A model generated the notes under the pieces. It was not told the DNA's origin and did not search any database. It saw only the letters and a program-made list of their open reading frames with translations. The translations under genes were made by a program, and so were the position numbers. From the human T2T-CHM13v2.0 reference genome, Homo sapiens: DNA of 64,000 nucleotides. The stretch is taken from the NCBI RefSeq assembly GCF_009914755.1, contig NC_060929.1. One strand, written 5' to 3'. Below, one piece after another: positions 11,821-25,006 of this stretch (positions within the stretch are counted from its first letter, which is position 1; each line of letters starts with the position of its first letter).

Positions 11821-12346
11821 TGTATTCATTTCCTATTGCCGCTTTATTAAATTCCTGTTGCCACAAATTACCACAAATTTAGTGGCTTAAAAAACACTCT
11901 TCTTACAGATCTGGATATCTGAAGTTTAAAATGCATTTTACTGACTAAAATCAGGGAGTCTGAGGGTTGTGTTTCACCTGGAGACCCTGGAAGAAAATCA
12001 GTTCCGCTGAATTTTCCAATTGACAGATGTTGCTCCTATTCTTTAGCTTTTAGTTCCATCCTACCATGTCTAAAGTAAAAAACATCAGAGTGAGTCTTTC
12101 TGACATCATCATCTCTTTGATTCTCTCTTCTGCCTCCTCTTCCCATTTCTAAAAACCTTTGTGATAACACTGGACTCACCCAGATAATCTACGGTAACCT
12201 TTCTTCTCAGAGTCAGCTGATTTGCAACCTCAATTTTTTGTAACCTTAATTCTCATTAGCCTGAAAGCTAACATATTCACTGGTCCAATGCTGGGAATTA
12301 GAACGTGGTTGTAATTGTTGGGGTGAGCATTAGGCTTTCTAACACA
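11821..12346 (-). mobile_element. MLT1 (D/E-like) MaLR solo LTR
   Basis: tgtatt...caaattaccacaaatttagtggcttaaaa...cacccagataat...ctaacaca, a typical reverse-oriented MLT1. Confidence 0.75.
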
Positions 12347-13891
12347 GAAGCCCAAAATAACCATAAGAAAAGATATCTAGCTTTGTCAGAAAATGTAACA
12401 GTGTTAAATAATCTCTTTTCTTCAAAAAGACAATGCCTGTGACAGTCAAATTTACCTTAATGATTTAAGGAGTGGATACTTTGTGTATGTTGCATACAAA
12501 TATAAATGGGATTTAAGTATAGTTTCCCTATTATAATTTCCACCAAACTGAATATAATATTTTCCAACATTTCAAAAATTTGAATAGAAAAAAAAAAAGC
12601 AAATAGGACTGACTATAATGCCAACCTGTCCATAGCTATAACCAGATGTTTGCAGAGTGAGTGATTAACATAAAATAAAAAGAGGGAAAACCCGTGGTAG
12701 CTAGTATGATGTTAGCTGTAAGATTTTCATAGATAGCTTTCAGAAGATGCTCATTTCTATTCCTAGATTTGCAAGAGTATTTAACATGAATGGATGTCAA
12801 ATTTTACCAAAAGCTTTTTCTGAATATATTTCCATGATCATATACTTTTAATTATTTCTATTGATACCGTACATTTTATTTATTGATTTTAGAATATTGA
12901 ATCAGACTTGCATTCCTGGGATAAAGCCCACTTGGTATAATTTTTTTTTTTTGTATATAGTGCTGTATTCAATATTTTCATATTTTGTTGAGAATTTGTA
13001 TGTCAATCATCATGAAAGATACCGGTGTGCAGTTTTTTTTTTTCTTTTTATAATATCTGTGTTAGGTTTGATACTGGGGTAATATAGGCCCCCTATAATC
13101 AGTTGGAAAATATTTTCTCATCTTTTATTTTCTAGAAAAGATTTGTGGAATTGGTATTATTTCTTCTTTAAATGTTTGATAAAATTCACAAGTGAAACCA
13201 TCTGGAGTTTTTGGGTTTTTTTGTTTTTTTTTTTTCCGGAGGTTTTACCTTACAATTTTTTAATAGATATAGTCAGTTCAAGTTACCAATTTCTTCTTAA
13301 GTAGATTGTGGTAGTTTGTACCTCTTGAATAACTTTCGCATGTCATCTGAAATTTATTTATGGGCATGGGCCTGTGGTGATACTTCTCAACTAGACTTTT
13401 AATGCCTGAGCAATCAGTAGTGATAAGCCATTTTTTTCATTAAAAATTTACGCCAATGTACATACTGCTGTTGTTGGACAAAGTATTATATAAGCATCAA
13501 TTAGGTCAATTTCTTGGATTATGTTGTTCAAGTTTCTTATAACTTTATTGATTGCATTTTAATTGTTTTTCGATATTGAGAAAATGTTATTGGAATCTCT
13601 GAAAATAATTATGAATGTATTTATTGCTTCTTACAGTTTTATAGGTTTTACTTTATATACTTTGCAGCTTTTATGTAAGTGCACAGTTGCTTAGGATCCT
13701 ATGTCATTTTAATGAATTGTCCCCTTTAGTATTAGGAAAGGACCCCTCTTACTCCTGGCAGTAAATGTTTTGCTTGGAAATCCGCATAACAATGTGTATG
13801 TGGGCACTCCAATTTATTTTGCTTTGGATTAATGTGGTGTATTTTTAAAACTCCCTTATTTTAACTCATTTGTGTATTCATATTTAAGCAG

Positions 13892-14416
13892 TATTGAGAT
13901 TTCATCCTGCTTAAATAAATTTGACCTGCTCAGGGCAAAAAAATGGGAGCTAGAGACAGAGGAGCTGCCATTGAAATAACTAAACAAGCTCACAAATTAT
14001 GCTAATACCATCCATGGATTCTAAAAGAAGACACCAGAATCTCCTGGGTGAGAGAAAAAATGACTTTATTACTCACAGCAAAAGCAGGAGCAGAAGCATC
14101 AGCAGTATTGGGCTGTTTCCTTGAGCACCAAATCTCACAGGATAACACCGAGGGACAGAGAGGCAGAGTTTGCATTCCCAGTGGGGTGTATTAGAGGAGG
14201 GAAAACCTGGGCTTAGGGAATCTTCTAGTTTTGTATCAAGTAGTAAGCAAGCTTGTTCTTTATGTGAAGGAAGATCGGGGGTAGTACGAGAGTTGCAATG
14301 TGTGATCTCACTTTTCAGGATTGCCACTTGCATAAACAATCCTGAGAAGTGTCTCAGATTAACGAAGACCCAAAGATCTGGGCTTGGGAATACTCAGCTA
14401 GATAAGTATAAGTGAC
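13892..14416 (-). mobile_element. Old ERVL-class solo LTR (subfamily undetermined)
   Basis: GC-richer block interrupting the L1, with antisense AATAAA (tttatt near 14066) and a terminal gtgaca. Confidence 0.55.
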
Positions 14417-14744
14417 AACTGACTTCCGAAAGCAGCATCGATTAGATCTTAGATTTTCATCCAAGCTGATTATCTTGGTCTTTTGAGGTTTTTTTTTTTT
14501 TGATCGTTTAATATGCTTATTGGTAAATTTGAGTTTAATATATAGTCTTGCTATTTGTTTTCTATTTTTCTCATTTGTTCTTTGTTCTCCTTCCCCTCTT
14601 TTTCTCTATTTTTTATTTTAGGTAGTCTATTTATTATATTATGTATTTGCCTTTTTGGGTTATTAGGTGTAGTTGTTATTTTGTTAATTGCTTTAGAGCT
14701 GTGAAACTCTTTAGCTCATCACATTCTACCTTCAAGTAATATAC

Positions 14745-15337
14745 TGATAGAGCTTCGATGACTGGAGGAACAGCAGGGTCCTTGGTCTCCCACCGATTTA
14801 GATAAAATGACATGGACACACATGGAGTGGTTTTAAGGAATGGAGAGTTTAGTAGGCAAGAAAGAAGGAAGAAGCTCCCCCATACAGAGACAGACGGAGG
14901 GAGGCTCCAAGCTGAGAAAGGAAACCCCAAGTATGGCAGAAAACAGCCAGTTATATGAGGAGGCTGGAGGAGGCAGTGTCTGATTTGCCTAGGGCTCAGG
15001 GGATTTGTTTGAGCAGTCATGTCATTCACATACCCCAAGAAAAAACTGGCCCTCCCACCCTAGTCTTTTAATATGCAAATGCCATAAGTGGGGAGGGCCA
15101 TGTTGCCAGGCACATGTGGGGGCAAGGGGAAGACAGAGGGAATCGCCATGTTTGGGTGGACCCAGTTTCTAATGGCTTACCTTTGCATATCAAAGCTTGC
15201 CAGCCCAGCTCTAAGAGCCCGGGCTTTCCTGCTAGACAAGAAACATTTCTTTCCTGCTAGAAAAGAAACAAACATTTCCCAAGGACCCCTTTTCCTCTCT
15301 AGCTGCCTAAAATAATTTCTTAATAACTACTATAACA
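14745..15337 (-). mobile_element. ERV1 MER4-group solo LTR (MER61-like)
   Basis: TG...CA ends; reverse complement begins TGTTATAGTAGTTATTAAGAAATTATTTTAGGCAG; 4-bp TSD ATAC/ATAA. Confidence 0.75.
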
Positions 15338-16859
15338 ATAACACTTTATGTACACTCCAGGTGTATTAAAGAACCTTACAGCAGGATTGTTTCCTTCCAG
15401 GCCTTTTCTCTATTTTTGTTATAAATCTCACTTCTATATGTGTTATGGATACCACATTACAATATTAGTTTTACTTGGAATAGTTGATTATTTTCTGAAG
15501 AAATTTAAATAATAAGAAAAGTCTTTTAATTACCTATATAGTTACCATTTCCAGTACTTCATGAATTTAGATAGATCCACAGTTGCATCTAGTATAATTA
15601 TCTTCCTACTTGGAGAATTTTCTTTATCATTTCTTGCAGTGCAACCCTAATAATGATACTATTTATAGGTTTTATTTTTCTATAAAAGCCTTTATTTTAT
15701 CTCCACTTAGAAAACCAATTTTGCTGGGTACAAAAAAATTCTAGTCGGATAATTTATTTCTTTCATTACTTTAAAGAAATTGCTCACCTGTCTTCTAGTC
15801 TGAATTGTTTCTGACAAAAATCTGTTAACATGTTTATACCTTTTTTCCAGTGTGTATACTGGCTTTTAAAATTTTTTTTAGTCTGGCTGTGTTTATGCTT
15901 TTTTATGGCTGGTTTAAAGTAATTTGATTAAGATGTGCCTTAGCATAATTTTCTTAATGTTTTTTATTCATGAGATTTGTTGAAAATTTCATATTAATGA
16001 GTTTCTGTCTGTTATTAGATATGAATAAGAGTGTGGCCATTCTTTCTTCAATTATTTTTTTCATTTTTCCATTCCTTCTCATTTGGGGCTGTAAGTTGCA
16101 TTAATGTAATATTTTGCCATTTGACATTTTTCCATAGCTCCCTGGGGCTCTGTAATTTTTAAACCTCTTTTTTGCCCCTATATATGTTTTATTTTGAATA
16201 ATTTCTATGGCTATGTTTTCAGGTTCACAAATCTTTGCTTCAAACTTTTCTGTTTGGACATTAATCTCTTCCAGTTTATTTTTTATCCCAGATGTTGAAG
16301 GTTTTATCTCCAGAAATTTGTTTTGCATATTTTTAATAGCTTCTATGTCTCTTCTTAAACTTTTCAGTGTTTCCTCTAACTTCTTGAACACATGGGAATA
16401 CAGGTGTTATAAGTACCAATTTCATCCTTGATGTCATTTCTGCAACCATTTTGATTGTTGACATTCTCCTCACTGTAGTCTACCTTGTGCTTCTTTTCAC
16501 GTCTGCTATTTTTTAAGTAGATACCATATATTTTAAATTCTTTTCTCTTCACCCTAGGTATTGTTAGGGACAAACTGCCCCAAAAAGATTCTTGGTACTG
16601 CCAACACTCCCTCTCAAACTTCTCCATGCTGCCCACCCTTCCCCCAAACCTTTTTACATTTCTAAGCCCTTATCTAGGCGCCACAGGGAAGCCAACAGAC
16701 TTTACTTATCAGGCCTTGCTGCTATAAAGCAAACCCCAATTACAAACCATCCAGATCACACAGGAGTAGAAGGTTGAGGAAAGCATAAACGAACTTTACC
16801 TACACCCTCCAGTACCATAAACGTCACAAGGTGATATGCGGCAGAGTTAACCAACAAAC

Positions 16860-17640
16860 TGAGAGACAGGACTAGCTGGATTTCCTAGGCCGACTAAGGA
16901 TCCTTAAGCCTAGCTGGGAAGGTGACCACATCCACCTTTAAACACGGAGCTTGCAACTTAGCTCACACCCGACCAATCAGAGAGCTCACTAAAATGCGAA
17001 TTAGGCAAAAACAGGAGGTAAAGAAATAGCCAATCATCTATTGCCTGAGAGCACAGCGGGAAGGACAAGGATCGGGATATAAACCCAGGCATTCCAGCCC
17101 GCAAGGGCAATCCCCTTTGGGTCCCCTCCCCTTGTATGGGAGCTCTGTTTCCACTCTTTTTCACTCTATTAAATCTTGCAACTGCACTCATCCAGTCCGT
17201 GTTTGTTATGGCTTGAGCTGAGCTTTTGCTCGCCCTCCACCACTGCTGTTTTGCCACCCTCGCAGACCCGCTGCTGACTTCCATCCCTCCGGATCCGGCA
17301 GGGTGTCCTCTGTGCTCCTGATCCAGCCAGGTGCCCATTGCCGCTCCGAATCGGGCTAAAGGCTTGCCATTGTTCCTGCATGGCTAAGTGCCTGGGTTCA
17401 TCCTAATCGAGCTGAACACTAGTCACTGGCTTCCACGGTTCTCTTCCGTGACCCATGACTTCTAATAGAGCTATAACACTCACCGCATGGCGCAAGATCC
17501 CATTCCTTTGAATCCTGAGGCCAAGAACCCCAGGTCAGAGAACACGAGGCTTGCCACCATCTTGGATGTGGCCCGCTGCCATTTTGGAAGTGGCCCACCA
17601 CCATCTTGGGAGCTCTGGGAGCAAGGACCCCCCGGTAACA
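16860..17640 (+). mobile_element. HERV-W solo LTR (LTR17), full length, 781 bp
   Basis: TGAGAGACAGGACTAGCTGGATTTCCTAGGCCGACTAAG...CCCGGTAACA; CCAAT boxes, GATATAAA, ATTAAA at 17168; perfect AAAC TSD. Confidence 0.97.
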
Positions 17641-17761
17641 AAACGACCCCAGGGTCTCTTTCCCCCATATAAACCCCTCATTTTGTAAGCACAGGGCTGC
17701 TTCCTCTTTCTGTAATGGAGCAGCTGGCAGGTTGAATAAAGGCTTGCCTGAACTTGGGTGT

Positions 17762-17766
17762 CTGTG

Positions 17767-17806
<40 letters not shown>

Positions 17807-17816
17807 TCTCTCTCTC
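17762..17816. repeat. (CT)n microsatellite within the MER48-like LTR
   Basis: Direct reading. Confidence 0.95.
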
Positions 17817-18122
17817 GTCCTTTCTCTTGGCTGATCTTACAGTTATTTTTGTAAATAATTTTGAGTTTAGTTCCTGGACACAATAAAGCAACTTGAAAAC
17901 TGTTCCATCTTTTTGTGTTTCGCTTTTAAGCTTTTTAAAGCAAGGCTCCAGCCACATTTGGTCTAGGATTTTCTTCCCCTACTAAATAAAACAAGATTCT
18001 TCTTGTACTCTACTCAATGCCTCATGAAAGATGAAGTTTACCACCCTGATTTTTCAGAACAGGCACTGTTCAGAACTGATCCTATATAGGCTCTGTTTAT
18101 TGTTTATTTTAATCCTTTGTAT

Positions 18123-18598
18123 TGTGAAAGGAAAATAAATCTTGGGGCCTCCAAATCGCTAAGCTAAAGGGAAAAGTTAAGCTGGGAACTGCTTAGGGCC
18201 AAACTGCCTTCCATTCTCTTCCAAGTTACCCCTTTACTCACTGAGTTAAATGCATATCTGATTGCCTCCTTTGGAAAGGCTAATCAGAAACTGAAAGAAT
18301 GCAACTGTTCACCTCTCACCTATCTGTGACCTGGAAGCCCCCTCCCCTCTTCTGAGTCTTCCTGCCTTTGCTTCAAGTTGTCCCGCCTTTCTAGACCAAA
18401 CCAATGTACTTCTTACATGTATTGATTTATGTCTCATGTCTCCCTAAAATGTATACAACTAAACTGTGCCCCGACCACCTTGGGTACATGTCTGTCTTCA
18501 GGACTTCCTGAGGCTGTGTCACAGGTGCGTGTCCTCAACCTTGGCAAAATAAACTTTCTAAATTAACTGAGACCTGTCTCAAATTTTCAGAGTTTACA
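18123..18598 (+). mobile_element. MER4A/MER4A1 solo LTR
   Basis: TGTGAAAGGAAAATAAATCTTGGGG...CTAAGCTAAAGGGAAAAG...GAGTTTACA; TSD GTAT/GTGT. Confidence 0.88.
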
Positions 18599-21500
18599 GT
18601 GTCATTGTTTACCTGGCTTTTGGTAGCCTTATTATGAGCATGTGCTGATCAGGACTGCACTGAGAAATTGAGGGTGACCTAGAGATGACTGTCTTTGCTG
18701 GTCTATCTTCTGTAGCCTGTCATAGGATCTCTAGCAGATTTGATATCCCTGTACTGCCAGCTTGGTCTGTTCAAGTTAAGGAAACTCCCAGGCTTTGCCT
18801 GAGTTTCCCTTTGATGCACTGTGACCTGTAAACTTCCTCCAGGCTGTAAGTTCAGGTAATAACAAGGCTTATCTTCTTTCTCATTTCCTAGTATCACTAT
18901 CTTTCATTGCTGGATACCTATTTTTTAAAAACCATGGTTTCATATATTTTTCTGTTAATAATTTAATTTGTTGTTTCAGGTGGAACTGTAAATCCAATTT
19001 TTGATAACCAAGTGAAAATCCCTATGATTTTTTTCTTTAAATATGATGTTAGTATAAAAGCGGAGCTTTGAGAATAGTATAAAAACTGGGATTCTGCTAA
19101 TTTGTATACACATATATCATTTGTTTTTCTTTCTCTTAATTTCTTCCTAAATAAATTGTTGTTCCAATATTAGTATCTGTAACTATTCTTGTCTTCATGT
19201 ACATGTATTAATTTACTTGGTAAATATTTTAATAAATAAACCTTGAATCTGTGCCATTCTATTCTTTAATGAGCATTTTTGTATGATAAGCTATGTCCTG
19301 GTCATGAAAATAATTGCACATATATGGTGAAATGCACTTAAATAAGACCAGAATTATTAAAGCATGAGTCATACATTTCATAGGTTATTATATATAGGTT
19401 ATGTCTAACATGTTAATGTAATACAGAAAGAAAATATTAAAAAGAAGAAAATTTGACATCTCAGCTCTGCAATAACGTGGAATTTTTATGGGAAATATGT
19501 AAATGAAATGTTTGTGTGAATTCGTGTTTTTGTGTTGCATTCTTATAGGAAAAAATAATAAATAAAAAGTTGACTATTTTTTAAATGATTCAGGAAATAT
19601 TAAATAAAATTTTTAGTTTTTAAAAAAAGACTAATTTTAAAAGATAAAACTATCTTAAACATCTTATATTTTTATCTTTTTCTTTTAATAGAAATTGATT
19701 TTTATTATTATTATAGCTGCATTTCTAAATTCTGAGTAATGTTTTTTTCAGGCTGGCTATTTATTTCTTAATAAGGCAGAACATTTTCAAGGAAGTTTTT
19801 CTCACTTAGAGTAAGCCATTTTAGTTCCAGCTTTGGCTAGTATGTCTAATACTCTGGAGAAAAAAAATGTTATAAAATCAATAACAGATCTAGAGAGATT
19901 CTTTTGGCTGAGGAAAACCTAAAGGTTTTTAGAAAGAATATTGATAAGAACCTTAACTCAAAATGACATTAAGGCAAAATACCCTCTTTTCCACAAGCTA
20001 AAACTTACAAAGTTTTAAATTTAATAATTAACATTTTCTTGGTTCTATAGTAAGAAAAAATAATATTATATTTATTGTAATTTCAAAATGTTTATGATAT
20101 TGTAATCATATTTACAAATGCAATACACATAGAGCATCTCTAAGGAGAGAATAATTTCCTATTGTGACTTTTCCTATGTATACAGAGTGTTATTTTCATA
20201 CTTTAAAATGTAATATAGAATATATAAACTATTTTCATATAATTTGTCATGTTAAGTTATACTTAATGTAGAACTTTAAAATTTTTAAATTTTCTATCAA
20301 GACATATTAATAAACAATGTAAGAAAGAAATAAAGAAAAATAACAATAAAAAAGAAAATAATGGACAGAAGTGAGGAGTGAGAAAAAATATGAAGGAAGG
20401 ATGGGAAAAAAGAAAAGAAGAAATGAACAATGGATGAAGACAAAGAGGAAGGAAAGAGGAAGGGAAGCAGGAAAGAAGCTCTAGTCATCCAAAATTTGGA
20501 ATCGGCTGACTAAAAAATAATTCTTATATCATGAAATATATTTTCAAAAAGTGCGGTTATAATCAAACACTGCTATATTAATTTGATTATAGGAAGTCAA
20601 AGCCCTAATTATGAAATAGAGAAGAATATATACAGCACTTCAAGTTTAAAAAGTGTGTCACTCTTGTCTTTTATTTTTCTTGTCTTTCATTGTAATTCAT
20701 TTCATTATTGTATATAATTCATTATTATATTACAATTTAAATATGTAATGATTGCTTCCATATTATCAGTTGTTGACTAGGACAAAAAAGATTTCTACAT
20801 ACAAACAAAATGTTTATCTTGTTTTGTTTGTAGATTATTCCTTTAGTATTCTATATTTATTTGAGTTTAGTGTTTTATAGGGCAATACTCTTTATAAAGC
20901 TTACTGTCATCAATTTCCAGTTCTCCAAAAAGTAAATGTCAGTGAATATATCAGTGTCTAGACAATAATTAGCCTTAACACGATAAAGAGAAAATGTGTG
21001 AGGCAGCCTAAAAATGATTGATTCATCTTTGGTGATTAAGAAGCTAGCTTTGAAGACACCACATTAGAAAAAAGCATAGACTTGTCAATGGAAGAAGAGC
21101 TGATCTTTTGCTCCAGAGACACTTCACTGTTTTTGCACCCACCAGCATACCAGTGCATGAGTTCATTTATATTAGTTCATTTAAATTAGGAGGTGAGCCT
21201 TCTCTGAAAAACTATAGAGCCAAATAGAGACACTAAACCAACGTCAGTAAGCAGTTAATCAAATGCACATTCAAGGTATTAATTTTCTTTTAGAATTGAA
21301 AATAAATGAGCATAGATTAAACGGGAAATAGAATTCAAACAAAGAGCAATATTAAATAAACTCCTTGTGTAAATACTTTTTTCAAGAAATTGTTTGTTTT
21401 TTTCCCAAATTATCAAAGTATCTGCATGCACTTTTCTTAGAGCTTAATCTTCTTTCAAGTGTCAATTAAAATATTACAAATTACTGAATCCAAAACAAGG

Positions 21501-21655
21501 GTGAAGGATTCATGTAAGTAATTTAATATTTTATCTTTATGATGTTTTAGAGTAGCACTAATACATATTTTTACATAATAATATTTATTTTTAAACCAGC
21601 CAGTTTAAGTTCAGGAGAAAGTATTAGAACAGCAAAAAGCAAAAACAAACAACAG

Positions 21656-21657
<2 letters not shown>

Positions 21658-21712
<55 letters not shown>

Positions 21713-21720
21713 CACACACA
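21658..21720. repeat. (CA)n microsatellite, about 30 units, one interruption
   Basis: Direct reading. Confidence 0.98.
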
Positions 21721-23584
21721 GAGAAGAAACAGCCTCTTAAATGAAACTGGCTGTGTTCAAATATCAGTGCTACCTATAGTCATGTTATTTCAATTTTGTT
21801 ACTTATTTTTTTTTTACTGGATCCATTTTTCTAATTGGTAACATGAAAGTTGTAAGATAATTTGTGTAATTAGTATATGGAAATCAATTTTGTGGCATGC
21901 AAGTCATGGAGTGAGTTTTTAATAAATGTGAATTGTTTTGTCATCATTGTCATTATCCTTTTTATTCAGTAAATCAGAGAAGTATTTTCTAAGGCAATCT
22001 TTCTTTAAATGAGGATGAAAGTATTAATCATTTTTCTTCCAATAAAATAACGCTGGTTTTCAGACAAGTTATTGGGTCAATTTGAAATTATAGCTAAATG
22101 AAACACAGTTAAAAAAAAAAGGAAGGCAAAACTGTTATTCACTATTTAATATACATCTGAAACTGTACATAGTAATGTTAATTTTCTGAAAAGTCAAGAT
22201 GTATTACTTAAGTTCTTTACATTCATTGCATGGATTTGATATTGAAGTTTGCTTCAAATTCATTCAAGTAATGGAAACATTACTTGGTTGGAAATTTTAT
22301 ATCATGGATCTTTCAGCTAGAATGCCTCCAGGACACTTCTCAAATATGAGTTAGTGAATCCAAAATACAACTTGTCATCAATCATGGATCGACAGCTTTC
22401 TTGGCAGTTGGCAGATTTGTCAGTAAGCTGCATATTTGAGTTACTGACTTACATTCTGTCTTCTTGGCTCTGAACTTTTATTTCTTCCCCAGGTAAAACA
22501 CACCTCTTTGATTTCGTGTTTGTGTGTGTGCACACTTACTTTGTTTTGTTTTGTTCTGTGACATTAAGTAACATACTGTTCTTAATTCCCTGGGGCAGAG
22601 GTGTGGAAAAAATAAAAATCATTTCTTCCATGACTTAACAGCAATAGAAATTTGGCATTTGAAATGTCGTTTTTGAAATATATGTTCAGAACTTTGCCCA
22701 TTTTAATAAAATGATCTGTCTTCTTATTGATTTGGAGAATTCTACAGTAATTCTAAATGTTAATTTTTTAATATAAATTTCACTTATTTTACCCTGGTAT
22801 ACAACTTCATTCTCAATCTTTGTTCATATTGCTTTTTATTTTATAAAAGTTTGCATTTAAATTCAAATTATTGTTTCATACCCATTTTATCTTTAATTTT
22901 TCATGTCCAGCTTAAAAATATAATTTTTATTCCATTTCAAAAGCATTTTCTAAATTCTCTTTTAACACATTTTCTATTTTATCTTGATTGAATATCTTTT
23001 CCTTCTTGATGTGTGGGGGTCATGAAAATGTGCCTCACAGAGCTAGGAATCCAGAGCCATGTTTGCATGAAGGCCATGTCTTTCCCCGACTGCTCCAGGC
23101 CAAAGATGGATTATAAGGGGCTTATAAAAGGAGTCCCAAGTTTGGACCCTTCTAGGACTTTTAACGGCCTTGCTAGGAAATATACATATAGTTGAGAGGC
23201 AACCCTTTCTTTGTTTATTATTATAAATAGCACTTCAGTTATTTTTGCATAGGTCCTTTTGATAAGAATTTCAGAAAATATATTTCAAATTTCATGAAAA
23301 TCTTATGAGCATTTTAGTTATGACGATATTGAAATAATGGATTCATCTCACTTATCCAAAATATATTAGTTATCTTTTTCCATGTCCTGTAATAAAGTGG
23401 TACATTTTTCTCAGTATTGATCATACACATTTCTTTTTACTTGTATTCAAATATAGTAAAGATTGTTATAATGTAAATATTAGCCAATGGATATTACTAA
23501 TTATAGCTGGTATTCACCAAAATACTTTCCCTAATGAAGAAAGAAATATAACTTTAGAAACATAAGCTGGAAATGAAGCAAATG

Positions 23585-23662
23585 TTGAACATGGTTTAGA
23601 GAAAGATAAGTAAATGTTTAAAATTGAACATGGTTTAAAGAAAGATAAGTAAATGTTTAAAA
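23585..23662. repeat. 39-bp tandem duplication (2 copies, 1 mismatch)
   Basis: ttgaacatggttta(g/a)agaaagataagtaaatgtttaaaa repeated twice. Confidence 0.95.
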
Positions 23663-23941
23663 TTATCTTTAAAAGTGATATCATAGTTACCAGATCAATA
23701 CAAAATCAATAGCATTTTTAAAGGTTAAAGATAAAAATCGTTTCTGGTTCCTAAAAAGATTTTCTCTAGATATTCTCAAATACTACGTTACTTGAATGAA
23801 TTTGTAGCAAACCTTAATATCAAACCCATGCAATGAATATATAGAACTTAGGAAGATAAGTAAGACATATTAACTTTTGAGAAAATTTACATTTTTACAT
23901 CCATTGCTCATTATCCAATCTGCCGGGATGGAGGTAAGGTC

Positions 23942-24251
23942 TTTGGTTTTTTTGTTTTTGTTTTTGTTTTTTTTGATACAAAGTCTCACTCTGTTGCCCA
24001 GGGTGGAGTATAGTTATCTCTGCTCACTCCAACCTCCACCTCCTGGGCTCAAGCGATTCTCCTGGCTCAGCCTCCCAAGCAGCTGGGACTATAGGTGCAC
24101 AACACCACGCCCGACTAATTTTTGTATTTTTAGTAGAGACAAGGTTTTGCCATGTTGTTCAGGCTGGTCTTGAATCCCTGACCTCAAGTGATCCACCTGC
24201 CTTTGCCTCCCAAAGTGCTAGGATTAGAGGCATGAGTCACTACACGCAGCT
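23942..24251 (-). mobile_element. AluS (Sx/Sz-like)
   Basis: Full dimer with a (TTTTTG)n tail; degenerate TSD ggaggtaaggtc/gggggtgaggtc. Confidence 0.95.
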
Positions 24252-24422
24252 GGGGGTGAGGTCGTGAAGTGCTTCATCTCTTTGGTACATTTCAGAAGAA
24301 TAACTGGGTATGTGGAGCTTACCCTTGCCTACATTTTTGTGGCGACCAAATCTATCCACATGGAGAATAAGTGTGTATTGTCTCCATCATGGCTTCTGTC
24401 TTATCTGGCTAGACCTTCCTTC

Positions 24423-25006
24423 TGAGGTAGAATAGGTAGTCAAGGAAGTAATGTCCTCAGGACATGGCAACCAAGGTGACTACACCGTCAACACAATAAG
24501 TCCCAGCATTCACATGGTACTCAAACTCATTTAGGCAAAGCTATCTCCAGTAGGGAATTTCCCCTGGCAAGAAGATGTGCATTTTAATTTTACCTGTCCT
24601 CAGGCTGACCCTTCGCTCATTGTAATATTAAAAACACACCCCTGGGTGGAGATTTAAGATGCGAATGAGACATGTTATGTATAAACAAGCATGTACAGCC
24701 ACTGCTCATGTCGCACCCAGAGGACCACCCAGAATACTAGTAAGACCTCTTCCAACCCCATTATGAATAATCATGTAAGACTCCTGTAAAGGGAGTTTCC
24801 CCAGTAATAGTTAACACTGTCTCATCCTTACGAGCAGCCTGCTCTGAACCATCTCTGAGGGAGTAATCTTTTCTGTACCTAATGTTCAGAGTGTGCTTTC
24901 TCCTTTGCAATAAATTGCTCTATGCTGCAGCAGCTTTGCTCTGTGTCTCCTGTTTAAATTCTTTTAAACTAATGAGGCAAGATTCGAGGTTTCACAACTG
25001 TCAACA
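24423..25006 (+). mobile_element. ERV1 MER4-group solo LTR (LTR29-like, subfamily uncertain)
   Basis: TGAGGTAGAATAGG...GTCAACA; AATAAA near 24909; 4-bp TSD CTTC/CTTT. Confidence 0.75.

Larger units (their letters stand above)
16562..17841 (+). mobile_element. MER48-like ERV1 solo LTR, split by LTR17 (parts 16562-16859 and 17641-17841)
   Basis: TGTTAGGGACAAACTGCCCC...ATCTTACA; TATA near 17668, AATAAA 17735-17740; 5-bp TSD GGTAT/GTTAT. Confidence 0.75.
12705..19020 (-). mobile_element. Old L1 (L1M, MC/MD-like), ORF2 to ORF1/5' region, interrupted by five LTRs
   Basis: gtatgatgttagctgta, cagacttgcattcctgggataaagcccacttgg and gtgaaaccatctgg are antisense L1 ORF2 hallmarks. ORF 16101-16391(-) resembles the ORF1p coiled coil. 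Confidence 0.85.

Noticed and set aside
15090-15120. Possible p53 element in the MER61-like LTR
   Set aside because: CATG cores are present, but spacing and flanks do not fit two RRRCWWGYYY half-sites.
16958-17957. 126-154 aa minus-strand ORFs
   Set aside because: Antisense LTR17/MER48 sequence and a CT microsatellite (ERERER); no coding hallmarks.
23877-24173. ORFs resembling database 'Alu-containing' proteins (also at 27943, 39955, 40644, 42095 and 50913)
   Set aside because: Alu translation artefacts.
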